The notes under the pieces are model-generated. The model had not been told where the DNA came from. It ran no database searches and saw only the letters and a program-made list of their open reading frames with translations. This document shows, piece by piece, positions 27,701 through 42,531 of a stretch of 64,000 nucleotides of DNA. Every line of letters begins with the position of its first letter. Position 1 is the stretch's first letter. Source of the stretch: Lama guanicoe (lineage: Eukaryota). Both the position numbers and the translations under genes were made by a program. The stretch is taken from the NCBI GenBank assembly GCA_013239625.1, contig MU053561.1, forward strand, positions 3,674,283 through 3,738,282, read 5' to 3'.

Positions 27701-28419
27701 AATTTTATTTACTTCAATATTAAAATTATGGAAAACTGACAGAATATAAATATTACTTCCACTCACGTATGATCAAAAATATTTTGAAAATTTGGCTTTC
27801 TGAAGCCATAAAAGCCTATAGTCCCCTTTAATGAATCAATTTAATAAAATTATGTCCAATTATTATTTTTGAAAGAAATATTTTTTAATTTATATAAAAA
27901 CCAATAATACATTATGATAATCCATTAATCAGATTGGTTAATTGTTAATATCTATAGGCGTTAGAAAAAAGAAGGATGGAAGGTAGAAAGAAAGAAAAGT
28001 AGGAAGGAAGAGATAAATTGAGTAACTCAGAAAATTAAGAAAATCAGTTTTGTGCTCTTTAAGCATATCTAATACTAGATGTTGCTAATAATAGTGATAA
28101 TAATGATTATGAACATAATAAGCAGGTAGCAATCATCCATTCCATTGATGTTAGTAGAAAATACAAACATAAGAGTAAATTAAATCCAGGGGAAAAACTA
28201 AATATTTTGAGCCTCAAAAACCATTGATGACAAACAAACTTGGACCAAAGTAACGTCACATCAATTGAGGAGAGTCAGTGGGGAAGCCAGGGAGGTAGCC
28301 TCTCTCTAGCTGTGACGCTTGCTGAAGTCTTAGGCACAAAATAATGGTTATGGAATACAGAACATTTCTAGAGGGAGTCATTGCTTTCAAACATAATATT
28401 AACTACTGTAATACTGTGT

Positions 28420-28516
28420 AATGAAAAAGAATATGTATGTATAACTGAATCACTAGGCTGGACACCAGAAACTAACACAACGTTGTAAATCAATTATACT
28501 TCAATTTTTTAAAAAA
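28420..28516 (+). mobile_element. Short L1 3' tail
   Basis: gtataactgaatcact...actaacacaacgttgtaaatcaattatacttcaat. Confidence 0.75.
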
Positions 28517-28669
28517 GAGTTCTTTGGAGTGATTCAATGCCAGTCAATTCAAATTCCTTGGGAGAAACTGTGGGTTTAAATAGTATCAAATAATTGTCTA
28601 TCTAAATAATGTCTAACTAATTAAATATCCAATCAGGATTGACTGGCTTCCCACTCTCTTGTGTCTTGA

Positions 28670-28801
<132 letters not shown>

Positions 28802-29717
28802 TAAACACTTTAAAGTCTGAACTTTCACCACTTTTTCTTTTCTTTTAGTGACATTAACCATCCTCCATCCCCTAACACTTTCTCCAGAAGTGTTAGAAAT
28901 ATGGCAGTAAATTATCATTGGATAAGAGATGGGCACAAAGATGATTAATTCAGAGGATGTAAGGGAATTTCTGAAAACATCCCATAAAGAGAGGTGAACC
29001 ACTCTTCATCACCTTCGGCATTAAGAATGAGAAATGTGTCAGCCCAGAGAGTGCTGGGACGCTGGCCACTGCTTCCTTTCTGTTTAGGGCCATCCTCTCC
29101 CTCCCTGGGGTTGTCTACTCCACCCTCCCAGCCCCCTATCCCACCCCCACCCACCTGACCCCGAGCTACTGGGTTAGGATGGGGGATGGCGTGGGGAGGA
29201 GCACTGACCATCGGAAGCCCTGGTGCTTCAGAAAGTTACCTACATCCTCAGGAGATGTCACTGAGGTACTTGTCTATAATTCAGTGGATCTACACTTTCT
29301 GGATGTGCAAGTGCTCCTATAAGCCAAAGGACAGCTAGAGGGACCATGGATCAATGAGTAATTTATTTGGGGTCTACTTTGGTCAGAGTACTCTGCTCTG
29401 GCTCCAGTTACTACCAAAATGGCTATTTATTGAGTGTTTTCTGGGCGTTGGGTGCAATTTGATATATTACATCTATACTGTTTCTTATCCTTTAAACAAC
29501 TCTGAAACAACTCTGAAAAGTGAAAACAACAACAACAACAACAAAAAAAAACCATTTCCCAGATGATAAAGATTTGGAAAGGTTAAGTAACATCCAAGGT
29601 GTCTAGTGAATTAATAGTCGTGTTGCGATTACAGTTTAGGACAATCTGTACCCAAAACCCATCCCCGTTCTTCTGCACTTCACAAACTCTACCTGCCTTT
29701 GAGATTCAGGGTGCGCA

Positions 29718-29938
29718 CCCACACTCACATCCACACAACACTCACTCATATGCAACACACACAACACCCATATAACCACATGCAACAAACACATAACACA
29801 CAACACACACACTCACACAACGTACAAACATAACACATACCTCCTCACACAATCATGCTCACACATATAGAACGCTCCCAATACACACACATTCAAACCC
29901 ACATCCACACCCACATCCACACCACCCTCTCACACACG
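29718..29938. repeat. Degenerate CA-rich low-complexity tract
   Basis: About 220 bp composed mostly of C and A. Confidence 0.85.
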
Positions 29939-30409
29939 TACCCCAGCTAAAAGCCCTGAGTCACAATATGTACTGTGAAAAATAAATCTAGGACAAACTA
30001 AGTCCTGACCAAACTCAAGTGGCAAAGGGCAAAATAAAAACGGTACAAGTTCCCCCTACTGGGGAGGAAGGCAGTTGATGAGCAGTGCTCATGGGCCTTG
30101 ATGGAGCTCAAGTTTTCTGTGAAAAACAAGTCACTGGAGCAGGGAAGGAGTATAATGAAGAGATTGCATGAAATGTTACTTCATAACCGCGTCTGTGGCT
30201 AGGACCCAGGTCCACAAGCCTGTAATCCAGAAGAGATTCCAGCCACTGTCCGTCTAAGTCATATAATCTAAACTTGGAGAAAGTTTACCCTAATTGGTTG
30301 GATTTGAGTTGGGAGAGAGTTTGAACAAGAATATCAAAATAATAGCTATCATTTATTCAGTACTTTTTACATGCCAGGCTTTGTGTTAAAAGCTTTACAT
30401 AGATTTTCT

Positions 30410-30534
30410 TGGCATGGTGGGGTGGGAATTAGGTTTGATTGTTTGTTTTCTTGTTTAAATGGAGGTACTGGGGATTAAACCCAGGACCTTATGCATGCTA
30501 AGCATATGCTCTACCACTGAGCTACACCCTCCCT
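30410..30534 (-). mobile_element. Vic-1-type SINE inserted in a MIR
   Basis: tRNA-like head on minus strand; TSD gctttacatagattttct (30392-30409) and gctttacataggttttct (30535-30552). Confidence 0.88.
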
Positions 30535-31379
30535 GCTTTACATAGGTTTTCTCTTTTAATCCTCTCAACACCCCTGTAGAAGAGGGATTAAAGTTCTCAG
30601 TCTCCAGAAGATGAAACCAAGGCACCGAGAGATTAAGTGATTTGCTTGAGTAGGTCAGCCTGACTTCAAAGTCCATGCTCCATACTGTTGCTGTCCAGAG
30701 AAAGAAACAGCACATGTCAAATGCTCAGCTGGTATCCACCACACAGTAAGCAGTCAGTAAATATTAGGTGGTACTGTTGTTAAGAAGGGACAGTCATCTA
30801 AGCCCAGGAGAAGCGAGGCTGGGGGAGGATATCAGTGAAAAAGAGGAAGTCCAGGGAAACCTAACCAAATCCATCCCTGACGTTTGGTTATGATGGGCCA
30901 GCGGTGAGTAAGGTGGATCCCGCGTAAGAACTCATCTGAGGGAAGAGAGAGTCAGGCAGACAAGTGTGGCCAAGCAAGAAAGCCTCAGTTCTTAGAAGGG
31001 TGATCCAATGCTGAGCTCAGGGTGCTGTCTGTTTTCAGATGTGCCTCCAAGCTCAATCATATGGCTTCACGTCTGTGGCCTGTAAAGAAAGTGAGGTCAG
31101 GCTATAATTAAAATCTCAGAAGGCTCTTCACTAAAAACTCTGTAAGACACTGAGTCAGAAGTAACCCCATTCATGCATGTAGCCTTGTGGGATTTCATAA
31201 CATTGAAAAAGAGAAAGATATATTCTCTCCCTCTGTATAGAACACAGAAGGAAGAGCTGTTGCACTGAGTGGACTGGATGCCATTTGGGACTTAAGCATT
31301 TGCACCCATCAGTGGGGGAAATGGGGAAATGGCAGTGTCCAGAAGGCATGGCTGCCCTCAGGCCAAGCCTCAGTGGTGT

Positions 31380-31393
31380 CCAGCAGGGGGCGC
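31380..31393 (+). promoter_or_regulatory. CTCF motif, forward
   Basis: CCAGCAGGGGGCGC(TA) matches the CTCF core consensus. Confidence 0.6.
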
Positions 31394-33000
31394 TATAGCA
31401 GAAGAGGTGGGCTGAAGGACTGGCTTGTGAGACACACCCTAGGGAATCCCAGGAGGGTCTGGGGGTGGGGAGGTGCTTTACAGAGGCTTGAAGTCAGGAG
31501 ACGCAAGGGCCCAGGAAGCACTACTACAGTTTCAAGGATGAAAACCCAGCTGGCAGAGGTTGCGATGACAGGAGGACCTGGCCACAGTGGAGATGCAGGA
31601 GAGAGAGATGACAGAAGACACAAAAATAACTGAAGATTGCACGTCTCTGCTTCAAGACAGCCAAGACTGTAAAGCTGCTGAAAACACTAGGGAATCTAGG
31701 AAAAGCATCTTTTAAGGAGCATAAGATGGGTTCTAATTTCTACAAGTTGGGAAGACATTCAACTGGAAGGATCTTTCATTTATTTATTCATTCACTCACT
31801 TAGCAAGTATTTATTGAGTGTCTTTTATGTGCCAGGTGCTCTTCACGAAGAGGCCAGGGATACAAGATTTAGCTAAACAGATTCCTGTCCTTGTAGGATT
31901 TAGAGTTGAGTCTCTGGGGTGTGGGGCTGGGGCAGGAGAAGATGGGAAGGGAGAAAGAATTATATTAAATATATTATATGAGGTGGAGAACTGTAAACAG
32001 GATGGGCTATCAGGGCTGCTGATGCAAATTTGGGAGTTTAGTAGTTCCCAACCACTGTCCATGTTGGTATGCCCCAAGGAGCTTTTAGAAGCATGGATTC
32101 CTGGGCCCCACACTTGGAAATTTGGATTCTCTAGGGTTGTATCTAGACCCAGAAATAGGCATGTACTGAAATCTCCCTGGGAGATTTTACTTGGCACACA
32201 GGTTTGTTACCAGCCCTGCCTGATCTATGGATCTTAATCCTACATCAAGCCACACAAAGGTCCAACCTCTCTGAAACAAATGCAGCAAGAGAGAGTCAGA
32301 GGGCTAAGGGTGGTGTCTACTCTATGCCATCTCATACCCTGAAAAATGTCAGTTCTAATTATCCCGTGACATCTCCCCCTGGCCTGCTCTTTTCTTGGAC
32401 TGAACAGTGAGAAGCAAAATAATTATTGAGCCAGAAGAAGCTGTGATTATCTAAACAAAGTTGATGGAGAAGGTAGATGTTGAGATCTAAATTCACTGAG
32501 TTGCTTTCATTTGCAACAACTGAAATGGCTTGCTAACTTGTAGAAAACACATGTTATCAAAACCCATACACTTGCAAATGTCAGAAAAATGGCCATTGTA
32601 CTTTGTAATTTTCATGTTTTTGACAAACTCCATTCCAACTAATTTTTTTTAAGCACAAAAGAATTCATTATATGGATCTCTTCAGCTTTTAATTGTAAAA
32701 TCCATTCTTATTTAATTGTACCATCCATGAACCAGATCTGGTCCCTCGGATACAGTAGGCCCCTCTGAATATTTATTGAATAAATGAACAAATCCATGAC
32801 TCGATCAATCAAATCTCCTTCAGTCTTTACCATCCAAGATACAATTAAAAGAATAAAAGAAAGGGGTTCTCTGGGACAGAAGATGAGGAAACTCTTTGGT
32901 AATGATGGAGACAGTGAACAAGCCTCTGGGAGATTTTGCTCAGAGTTCCCAAGACTTAAGACTATCATAATCTAACTTTAAATTCATGGTCTTTACATGA

Positions 33001-33050
33001 CAGACCCAGACAGACAGACACACACACACACACACACGCACACGCACAGT
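33001..33050. repeat. (CAGA)n(CA)n microsatellite
   Basis: cagacagacagacacacacacacacacacacgcacacgcaca. Confidence 0.9.
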
Positions 33051-34990
33051 CATACACATGGGTACGTCTATACAGCTTACTCCAAAGGAGGTTCTGACGA
33101 GCTCCTTTTCACCTTCAGGAAGCCTTAATTCCAGCAGACTGTGCTGGGGATGAATTGATGAGACCATGTTACAAGAGGAACAAAGGAACATCTCGCGACA
33201 AACCGTGCACCGCCAATGTAATATTTAAAGGGACATAAATTCCTTTCTGTCCAGTGTCAAGGAGAAGGTAACTTTCAAATGAAAGGAAAGTTGGAATGGA
33301 GGCAAATTGGTAGTTTTGAAAGAACACTTCCCTGGACAAACTGTATATGCAAATTGTGCTGCGGGCTCATCCTTTGTAAAATAAATATTATTATAATAGT
33401 TCTTATGTCATACAATCGAAGTGAGGGTACACAAACGAATCAACTCGACACACTTTGCAACAGCGCCTGGCACATAGGAAGCACTTCACGTGCTCACTGT
33501 TACTAGCTTTTGTTCATCTGGTCACTTCCTACTTCAATAAGCACAGTTTCCTGGCTCCTGAAATATGCAGTATGTGAACTCAGCCCTGAATCCAATGTCA
33601 CTTCCAAGCCCGTTCTGCAGTGGGCCCAGCTCTGTGAAGAACTGTGTGTGAACTCAAATAGCTGTTTCCTCCCCTTCCCCACAACCAGACTCCCCGCCCC
33701 ACAGAAGAAGGAAAGAAAGAAAGAAAAACCCACGCTGTCTTGTCCCTTAAAACGAAATCAGCAGGACCGTAAAATCTCTTTGACGAACTGTAGCTCTTAA
33801 CGCAGCCTGTTGCCCTCCGCTCTGAGTAGGAGGCTGGAGTTTCTTTGCCTCGAGCACGGTTAGAAATGTCTTTTGGAATATAGTGACCTGGAATTCATAG
33901 CAGTTGATGACAAAAGCCACAGGGATACATACCAGTGTTGGCTCAGAAGGGATCTCCTGGTGTAACAGCTTATGTAACATCCAGTTCCTCCCACTCCGCA
34001 GCTAGGCCCGGCTGCCCCGGGGCTCTGCACCGCTGGTCACCACCACCGGGTGGCAGCTCTTAGGCAATTCCTCTTTAGTTTCAAGGGAACCACTGTTCAT
34101 CCCTGTGCTTTCCTGGAGCAGACTACGCTCTGAACTAGAAAAGAATGGCACATTCCAGGCCTCTCGAATCACTGCACAAAAAGAGGTGTGAGGTCATCAG
34201 CTCTGCAGGCAAACACAGCGACCATTCTGCCCTGACGAGACCATGTGGCCACTTCAACCAAGAGAGCACGTGGCTTCCAGGCTACAGGCCGGCTCTCCAA
34301 GCTTTTTCTCTGGTATAGCATGAGCAACTCACCCTAGCTTGCTGGGTACTATCCCTGAGTTAGCGTGGGAAGTCTGAATCCTGGGAAACCCCTCCGGCCT
34401 GGACAAACCAGGAGGGTGGGTCGCCTTCTGACCAGTAACAAACCAGGCAGTTTCCAGAGCCCGAGAAACCATCCAACAAGCCCAGTGCTGTGAGACAGCC
34501 CTGGGGCCAATGCTTCAACCCAAATAGCAATTAGGGTTTATGAGCTGATTGAGGACAGAAGAATGGGTTGGCCTCTGATTCTGAGTACCTGTCTGCGTTC
34601 AATGGTTTCCACCAATTGCCTGTTCTGTCAAAATTTGTTCAGTTAGATCCATACATCCCAGGACACCGAACATGGTCTGTTGACACTGGCTTCCTCCCCC
34701 AGCCCTGGCAAATACAGTGGAGTGATAGTGATCGCGGAATCCAATTTCCCACCTTCCATTCTAACTGCTCTCTGCCCCTGATTGGACCTCATTTGCCAGG
34801 TTTTTCTCTTTGTCCTTTGATCACAAAAGGAGATCAGTCCAGCCAGACCTTAGATGCTGAGTTCCTGTCATTTCAACATTTAAGTTAAAACAGTACGTAC
34901 ACGCTCATGTCTTTTGTAGAGAACACACGCACCCTTGCAGCCGGACCACCACTAGACTAGCATTCAAGGGAACTATTGTCTTGTTTCTAA

Positions 34991-35245
<255 letters not shown>

Positions 35246-35607
35246 TAGTACCCCCGCAGAACTGAACCCAAGAGTGTGGCTTTGGTAGGCATTGATCAGT
35301 GGCAGGGATGTTACTGCATCTTCTGAATGTGGGTCTACAGTTGCAAGCAAGGTGAGGCCACCTCCCCACAGTGAGGAAATCTCATCGAGTAAGATGTGCA
35401 TAAAATTCTACTATGATAATGATAGTGATTTAGTGACAGCCTCGTAAAGTATCATTTTACCTAGTCTTCAACAGTATGCGGTAATTATCACCATGCTAAT
35501 TTTCACAAGTCCAGGAATTGGGCTCAGGGAAGTTAAATAACTTAGCCAAGAATGAACATTTTATGCATGGAACTTCTGGGAGAGGAATGTTTGATACCAC
35601 TAACTCT

Positions 35608-35835
35608 AGTGTGGATCAACACACTTTTTCTGTAAGGGACCAGATAATAAATATTTCTGGCTTTGTGGTCCAGATGGTCTCTGTTGCAAATGCGCAATTC
35701 TGCCATTGCAGTGAGCAAGCAGTCATAGGCAATGTATAAACAAACGGGTGAGGCTGTGTCCCAGTGGAAGTTTATTTATAAAAACAGGAGCCGTTGGCTG
35801 GATTCCGCTTACCAGCTGTAGTTTGCCGACCCCAG
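35608..35835 (+). mobile_element. MER58A-like hAT MITE
   Basis: ttttctgtaagggaccagataataaatattt...tgtagtttgccgacccc resembles the MER58A consensus. Confidence 0.75.
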
Positions 35836-36052
35836 CTTGAGAGAGGGACAGTCCTAGAACATCAAACATGGAGGTGGGTTCACAGCCTGGGCCGCCCACC
35901 CCCCAACCACATGCTCACAGGCATTCACTGAACCTGGAGCATTGTGATTCCATCACCCCGTCAGCTTCAGGCCCTACAGGGAAGCAGCACTTGGAGGAAC
36001 AAGTATCAACATATCTAACACCATTTACCAACATTCAAAAAGAAATGAAACC

Positions 36053-36146
36053 TGGTGGGAGGGTAGGTGGAGCTCAGTGGTAGAGAACATGAGGTCCTGG
36101 GTTCCATTTCCAGTACCTCCATTAAATAATGGTGATGATGATGATG

Positions 36147-36189
<43 letters not shown>

Positions 36190-36204
36190 TAAAAATAATT
36201 TTTA
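36053..36204 (+). mobile_element. Vic-1-type SINE (internally deleted) with (TGA)n(TAA)n tail
   Basis: agctcagtggtagag...gaggtcctgggttcc; TSD aaaaagaaatgaaacc at 36037-36052 and 36205-36220. Confidence 0.88.
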
Positions 36205-36675
36205 AAAAAGAAATGAAACCACAAGCAAAATAGAGATCTGACCTGCTCCACCAAACATCCCAAAGGGCTTTTGATGGCTGGCTGTGGTGACAAAATAGTT
36301 GGAGTCCTGGGCTGTTTTCTGTCCGAGGTCTCCTCCCTCTGGGCCTGCTCTGGGTCCTCAGGAACGGCACCTGTCTCGAGGAGGGGAATGGCTTCTGGCC
36401 TGGGGATGAGCTGAGTCTGTGTCCTCTGACCCATTATTTGTAACAGACGTGGATCAAATGGGTCTATGGATAGACGAAGAGCTTTCAGCCCAGCGCTGTG
36501 TGCCACACGACAGGGTCGACCTGCTCTGTCTCTTAGGGGAGAAACAGGTTTGTAGAGATCATCGTGCTCTTGCAAAGGAACCAGCATCTCATCTTACATT
36601 TCATGGTGCTGAGGCTTTGGTGTCTGCCAAGGTAATCCCTACTCAAGGGAACTCTTCTTTTTTTTTTGTTCCTAG

Positions 36676-36721
36676 ACCCACCCTACGTCGCCTGCGTCCA
36701 GAAGATATGTTTGAAACATGG
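36676..36721 (+). CDS. CASQ2: Calsequestrin-2 exon 7 (R-PTLRRLRPEDMFETW)
   Basis: Acceptor ttttgttcctag, donor TGG|gtaaga; 46 bp. Confidence 0.96.
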
Positions 36722-37949
36722 GTAAGAAAGTGACAAACTCTTTGTGCCTTGTAGAGATGGGTATATTCCCCCAGAGGAATACCCTTGTGAGTCCCAAGTC
36801 TAATTTGGATGGGGTGGATGCATGGATGGTGGAGAATTTGAAACGTGGACAACATCATACTCAGTTACAACTCAGTTCTCCAGGGATCCAACTCAAGCCT
36901 CTCTGGGGTGACCAGTAGGCAAAATTACTCTGTACCTCTGAGTTCACTTCCTACAGTGACTACTGGCTTCCAATCATTGGCCACTAGAGACCCAAGGTAA
37001 CATAGCAGGAGCTCAGACCATATGTTTATAGACTTGGGCTCAAGTCCAGAATCCGCCACCTAGTTGCTCTTCATGCTCCATCAGATCGTGTGGTCTTTCT
37101 GAGCTTTAGTGTCTGTATCTAAAATTAGGCTTTTTGTAAGAATGCGTGGCGCAAAGAACCCAGAACATGGTAGGTGCTCAGTCAATGAATGGCAGCTGTT
37201 TTTCTAAGTATTGACTCAAAGCACTGAAAGAGTCAGATTTTCCCCTAGGTTTATGTCATTGACAATACGTACAGTGGGTATATAAATATAAAGAGGTCCT
37301 CGGATATACAGCCCCAACCCCTCCCTAGCTTTATACAAAGTTCTGCAAACAATAGCAACCAAAGTCTGTGGAGCATTTTTTAAAGCATTTCATGCATCCT
37401 TTTACTTGGATCTCTCAACAGTTCCAAGAAGTGATATAGAACAAGTATTACTTAACTTCACGGGGAAACTGACAATCATACAGATTAAGTTAATTACTCA
37501 AGGGTACATAACTAGCATGCATTAGATCCTGGGACTGAAATTTAGACCCTCTGGAGCCAAATCCCATGTTTTCTCCAGTATACCTTTTAGAGGGGCCATG
37601 TCCCCATAAGGCAGTATTTTGGTGGGGGTAGTGGGGAAGGGGGTTAACTTGGACACACGTGTTTACTAATTCTCCAGTTCAGAGTCTAAAGTGACAGATG
37701 AACAAAACAGTGGAGTAACTTGACACTTTCTGTTTTATTGGCATGTAACTTCTGTGGAGGTCTGAAGGTAGAACAAACATTTCACACCAAAGGCAAATAA
37801 TCCAGTCTAGAGGAGTGGAAAATTTAAGAACGACTCAGCACAATAGGAACATATGTTCCTCACATTTAAACCTTTCAAAAACTTAACTTCTAGGAGGTAT
37901 TGCTATTAGATTTCAAAATAGCAAAAAGGGTATAATGATGTTTTAAAAT

Positions 37950-38465
37950 ATTTTTATTCCTTTCTAAAATATTTTTACTTTTCACTTGAAATAATTTCAG
38001 ACTTATTAAAAAATAATGCGAAGAATTCCGTGATCTCTTTTCCCAGATTCCTCAAATGTTAACATTTTACCACCTTAGCTTTATCATGCTCTCTTGACAG
38101 ATACATAGATACAGATTTTTCTCTTTTCGTGACCTATTTGAGAGTAAGGAGCAGACCCAATTCCCTTTTGCTCCTAAATACTTCAGAAGTTTTCTAAAAA
38201 CAAGAACTTTCTCTTACATAATCACAGGACACTTATCAAAATCAGGCAAGTAACACTAATACAATTCTGCACTCTCATCCGTGGACCTTATTCAAAGTGA
38301 CCGGTTGTCACTGGTGTCCTTTATAGTGAGAGAAAACATTTGTTTTTTTTCCTGGTCTGGGATCCAACCCTGGGTCACATGCTTGTGTTTGGTTGCTAAG
38401 TTTCTTTAGTTGCCTTCAATCTGGAAGGGGCTGTTGGTCTTTCTTTGTCTTTCATGACATCAGGT
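37950..38465 (-). mobile_element. Old L1 (L1MC4/5-like) 3' end
   Basis: ttgaaataatttcagactta...cccagattcctcaaatgttaacattttacc. Confidence 0.6.
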
Positions 38466-40259
38466 TGAGAGTGATTGTTGCTGCTCTGTTCTGCTGTGCC
38501 TTTATCTTGACTTCTCCTTTTTATTTTGTTCATCCCTAAGTAAGACTTCTCAATTATCAAGGCTCCTGGAAGGGAGAGACTGCAAAACTGCAGAACCCTT
38601 CTCTCAGGCCTTTCCTCCCTGACACAGAAAATCACCACATCGTAGCGGGACACTTCCTGCCCCCTCCTTCCGATCCCCGACACCCCTAACACCCTACACT
38701 GCCCTGCAGAAATGTTCCCTCCCCCATTTTGGAGACAGATGTTCAGAAAGAAAGTTCACTGTCTAGCCTCATGGGAACCCATTCTTGGCCTTCTTTTCAC
38801 TTAACGAAGAATCACAGCTTTTGAAAGGGCTGTGCATTGAATTTAAGTAGGTGGAGAAAAGGGCAATTAGGCTGGTTTCCTCCTTTCCAAATCTTCATCG
38901 TGGAAGACCCACGTGACTTCCCCAGGAGACCTAGTCAGACCTAGCCGGCCCCTTGTCCCAGTCTCCAACTAGGGAGGGAGGGTGGGACAGGCCCCTTGGG
39001 GTCATCTTCGCATCCCAAAAAGGGAGAAGCAGAAATCAGCCTGTCAGAAGGCTCTTCAAGAACCACTCTGCCTACCCCCTCATCCACGTGTGCCCACCTC
39101 AGCGGGCACTGCTCCCAAGCAGCATCTCCAAGGGTTACTTGGCCACAGCAACTTAACCCACACGTATCAGGAAAGTAACCCGTTCACGAACTTAAAAGTC
39201 TTCATCTTCAACACCTACTCCCTTAGACTTTGCAAAATATGTAAATAACAGGAAAGCTAGGTAGGGCCAGAGCAACTCTTAACCTTCGTCTCTCCCCAGT
39301 TGTACAGGTTTTTAAAGCAGCAAATCATAGAAAATACACAATATATTATTCCTTTTAAAAAAAGGGCGTCTAGTAATACTCGCTGTGTGTAAATCAAATA
39401 GCTATCGATTACTTATTTATTTATTTAGACTATTCAAAGCATATCAGGGCGGTCCAGGCCCAACATTGACCTGTTCTTTCTCTTCGAGACTCCATCTTCC
39501 CACCAGCTCTCCACCCTAGCAAGTGGTCAGCCAGAGTCCTCGGCAAAAGCCCCCAGAAATGAGAGTCAGCAATTCTTTCTAAAAGAATCCTCCCTTGGTT
39601 GCAATAGGAAAGTAGTTAGCGGGGGGGGGGGGGGCAGGGATCTCCCGTGAGCCCCTACATCACTCCGTTAATTAGGGAGTCTGCCAGTTTTAATTGCTTT
39701 TTATTTTTCTTTGCGTCTCTTTATTCAACATGAGAGCAAACATTCAATAGAGACTAGAAGGAAATAGAGTTAAGTATGAACAATGGTAATATACCTGATT
39801 GGTGGGGTAATTGACATTTAGTTTCTCCTTGGTATCTCTAATATTTTCAGATGTTCTTCGAGCAGTATATAAGATTTTTATCACCGTACACTTTTTTTAA
39901 AGTCAATAGGCATTAAGAAAAACCTATTATGTTGTGGTGAGCACAGAGGTTATAAAAATAAACATTGCTGTCCTGTCGTTAGGAATTCAGGGTTGAATAG
40001 ATGAAACAGTCTCAGTAACCACCAGCCCACCATGCTCGCTGCCATGACAGAGGGACATACAAAATGCTAGGGAATCCAGAGTAAGATAGTCACCAAAGTA
40101 ACTCCTAAATTTCCACATCTCTGTGGGAGCTGGTGTTCAGACACTGTACAAAAGCCCTTTCTTGGCCTCTTTCTACTTAAGTAAGAGCCCCTGACCATCT
40201 TCTACAAAGCCTGCAGAGAGACAATAGATTTATGGAGCCCATGCTGCTATTGCTGGTGA

Positions 40260-40698
40260 TGTCAGGGAGGAAAATTTTTCCTCTACCCTCTTAGGTTCAT
40301 GTCTTAGCGCCTGCAAATTAAACTGGCAAAAGACAGATTGGTAAGAGGGGAAAAAAAAAAACCCAGCTTTAATTAGCTATTTATGCATGGGCGTTCACAA
40401 AGAAATGTGACTCAAGGAAGGGCTTATATATGATATTAATGAGGTATGGGGGGTGGGGGCAGAGGAGTGCTTCTGGGAGAACAAATGACTTTTTAGAAAG
40501 ATAAATGAGCCCTTAGGAGAACAGATGGCATATATGATAGTTTTGTGATAACGTCTGTCCAAGAAGAGAAGATTAGAGTTATGACAATTGAGTTCTTTTG
40601 AGAGGCTCTGCCTATACGCAGATAAAAGGATTTCAGGGATTCAAATGCCTTCAGCCAAAATAGTTTTTATGCCACAGTGGTTTTCTCCGGACCCCTTC
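40260..40698 (-). mobile_element. ERV1-class solo LTR (MER34/MER39-like)
   Basis: tgtcagggaggaaaatttttcctctaccctcttaggttc...aaatgccttcagccaaaatagtttttatgcca...ccccttca, with TG...CA ends. Confidence 0.6.
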
Positions 40699-42385
40699 AG
40701 TGAGAAAGAAAGAGCATGTGCTTTGGGGCCAGACAGACCTGGCTTGAATCCCTGTTATGTCTCATACCACCTCCATGGCTTTAGGTAAGTCACTCAATTC
40801 TTTAAGCATTAAATAGGAGTAAGACTTTGATTTCAGACTTAGAGATAATGCATTTACAAAGTACTGATACATAGGATGGCACATTGCAGATATTTTTGTC
40901 ACCATTTTAATCATCATTACTATTTTAAGCCAGAACCCCTTCCCTCCGAGAGCCTGCACGCCATCTGGTTGAGAAGAGACAGTTTGGACAATTTAAAAGG
41001 TTATTGTCAAGGCAATGTGATCTCATGACTAAAATGGGCGATCTGGGCAGCAAAGACTCCGGGGCTCAGAGAAAGCGCCTGGGGCATTCTCAGTCCCATG
41101 GATGGTCAGCTCGCCTCTTCCTCTGCGGGCACACTGGATTCTCGTGCAGTAGCCCTGACTTACTGGCTTGCTCTTGGAGTCTTGCTCTGTGAGTTTATTG
41201 CCGAAAACACCTGGCACTGAGCAGCGCCTGCCTCTTTGCAGGTGTTCAGTTAAGGTTTGTGTGCTGAATCTTTGAGACCCACAAAGAGAGAGGCTCTTTC
41301 TCTTGGTTATGGTCTCTCTCTCCATCCAGGGACCAACTCAGGCCTGGGGAGTGACAGCCATATTGTGAGCAGCCTCCCGGCAAACGAATATGGATTCTTA
41401 ATTCTAAAACCAATTTCCAAATACGTTCTAGAAGGGCACACAGAAATGAAGCCTGCGCCACAGAGTTAACACGGCTCCCTTCCAACTGATGGCAGGAGAC
41501 AGAGACACAGGGCAGCCTAATGAGAACTGATGAGGATATTCTGTCTGGGGATAATGGCAAATGTAAAACAGTGAAACCTCAGCCTCCCCTTCTGGTCGCT
41601 GTCAGATTTGTGTAATAAACCTGCCCTCATGCGCACACACAGATACACATCTAGTAAAATTCAATTCCCCAGAGAGTCTGACCAAGGCAGTGCCCACCCT
41701 CTTGTTTTTAACAATAATATTTTCCATTTAATCTCTCCTAGAATATTTGGAGGTTTTTGTCCATTTCAAACTCAAAGGAAAAAAATTAGCATTTAGATAG
41801 GATTGCACCAGCATTAAAATCAATTGAAATGGAAACGGAGATCACGGAGGGTTGAGATGCCTGGAGTTTTTTTTTTCCCATGGGATGATGCTGATATGAC
41901 ATTCAGGGCGCCCAGTGAATCCCTCTGTCACTGTCAGTGATAATCATATGCACTTGGATTTGTCCCCGGTGCCTCCTTCTCACACGTCTTCCTCTCCAAG
42001 TCTCCTGAGGATCACATTTCTCAGAAGAAAGGCCCCTTCAAGCTCCTGCTTCTCCTTCGGCAGAAATAATCGATGCAGAGGAGACATGAGGCATATAAAT
42101 GGTCCTTTCTCTCCAGGACATAGAAACATGGACTGCCACTTGCTTGTCCTTGGATTTGAAATGCTCTCTCTAGATTCTTTGCCTCATCCCAGCCTCCACA
42201 TTAACACACACTTTTTCCATCACACCCTCAACCTTCCCTAACTCCAAATTCCAGACTCTTCCTGCAGCCTCTGTCTCTCCAGACCTAACCAGTTTTGGTC
42301 AACTCTGGTTCCAGACCCCAAGGGGATAACCTGGAGGGCACACTGACCACATGGGTTCCATTTCTTCAATAAGAGATGTCTTAAT

Positions 42386-42531
42386 GGGGTGAGGAGCAGG
42401 GATATAGCTCAGTGGTAGAGTGCATGCTTAGCATGCACAAGGTCCTGGGTTCCATCCCCAGTACCTCCACTGAAAAAATTAACAAACCAACCAACCTAGT
42501 TACCTCTCCCCAAATAAAAAATTTAAAAAAG
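42386..42531 (+). mobile_element. Vic-1-type SINE
   Basis: atagctcagtggtagagtgcatgcttagcatgcacaaggtcctgggttccatcccc; TSD agagatgtcttaat at 42372-42385 and 42532-42545. Confidence 0.92.

Noticed and set aside
42400..42470. tRNA-like sequence with A and B boxes (also at about 11.8, 30.5, 36.1, 44.9 and 54.0 kb)
   Set aside because: Multiple diverged copies with A-rich tails and TSDs: these are SINEs, not tRNA genes
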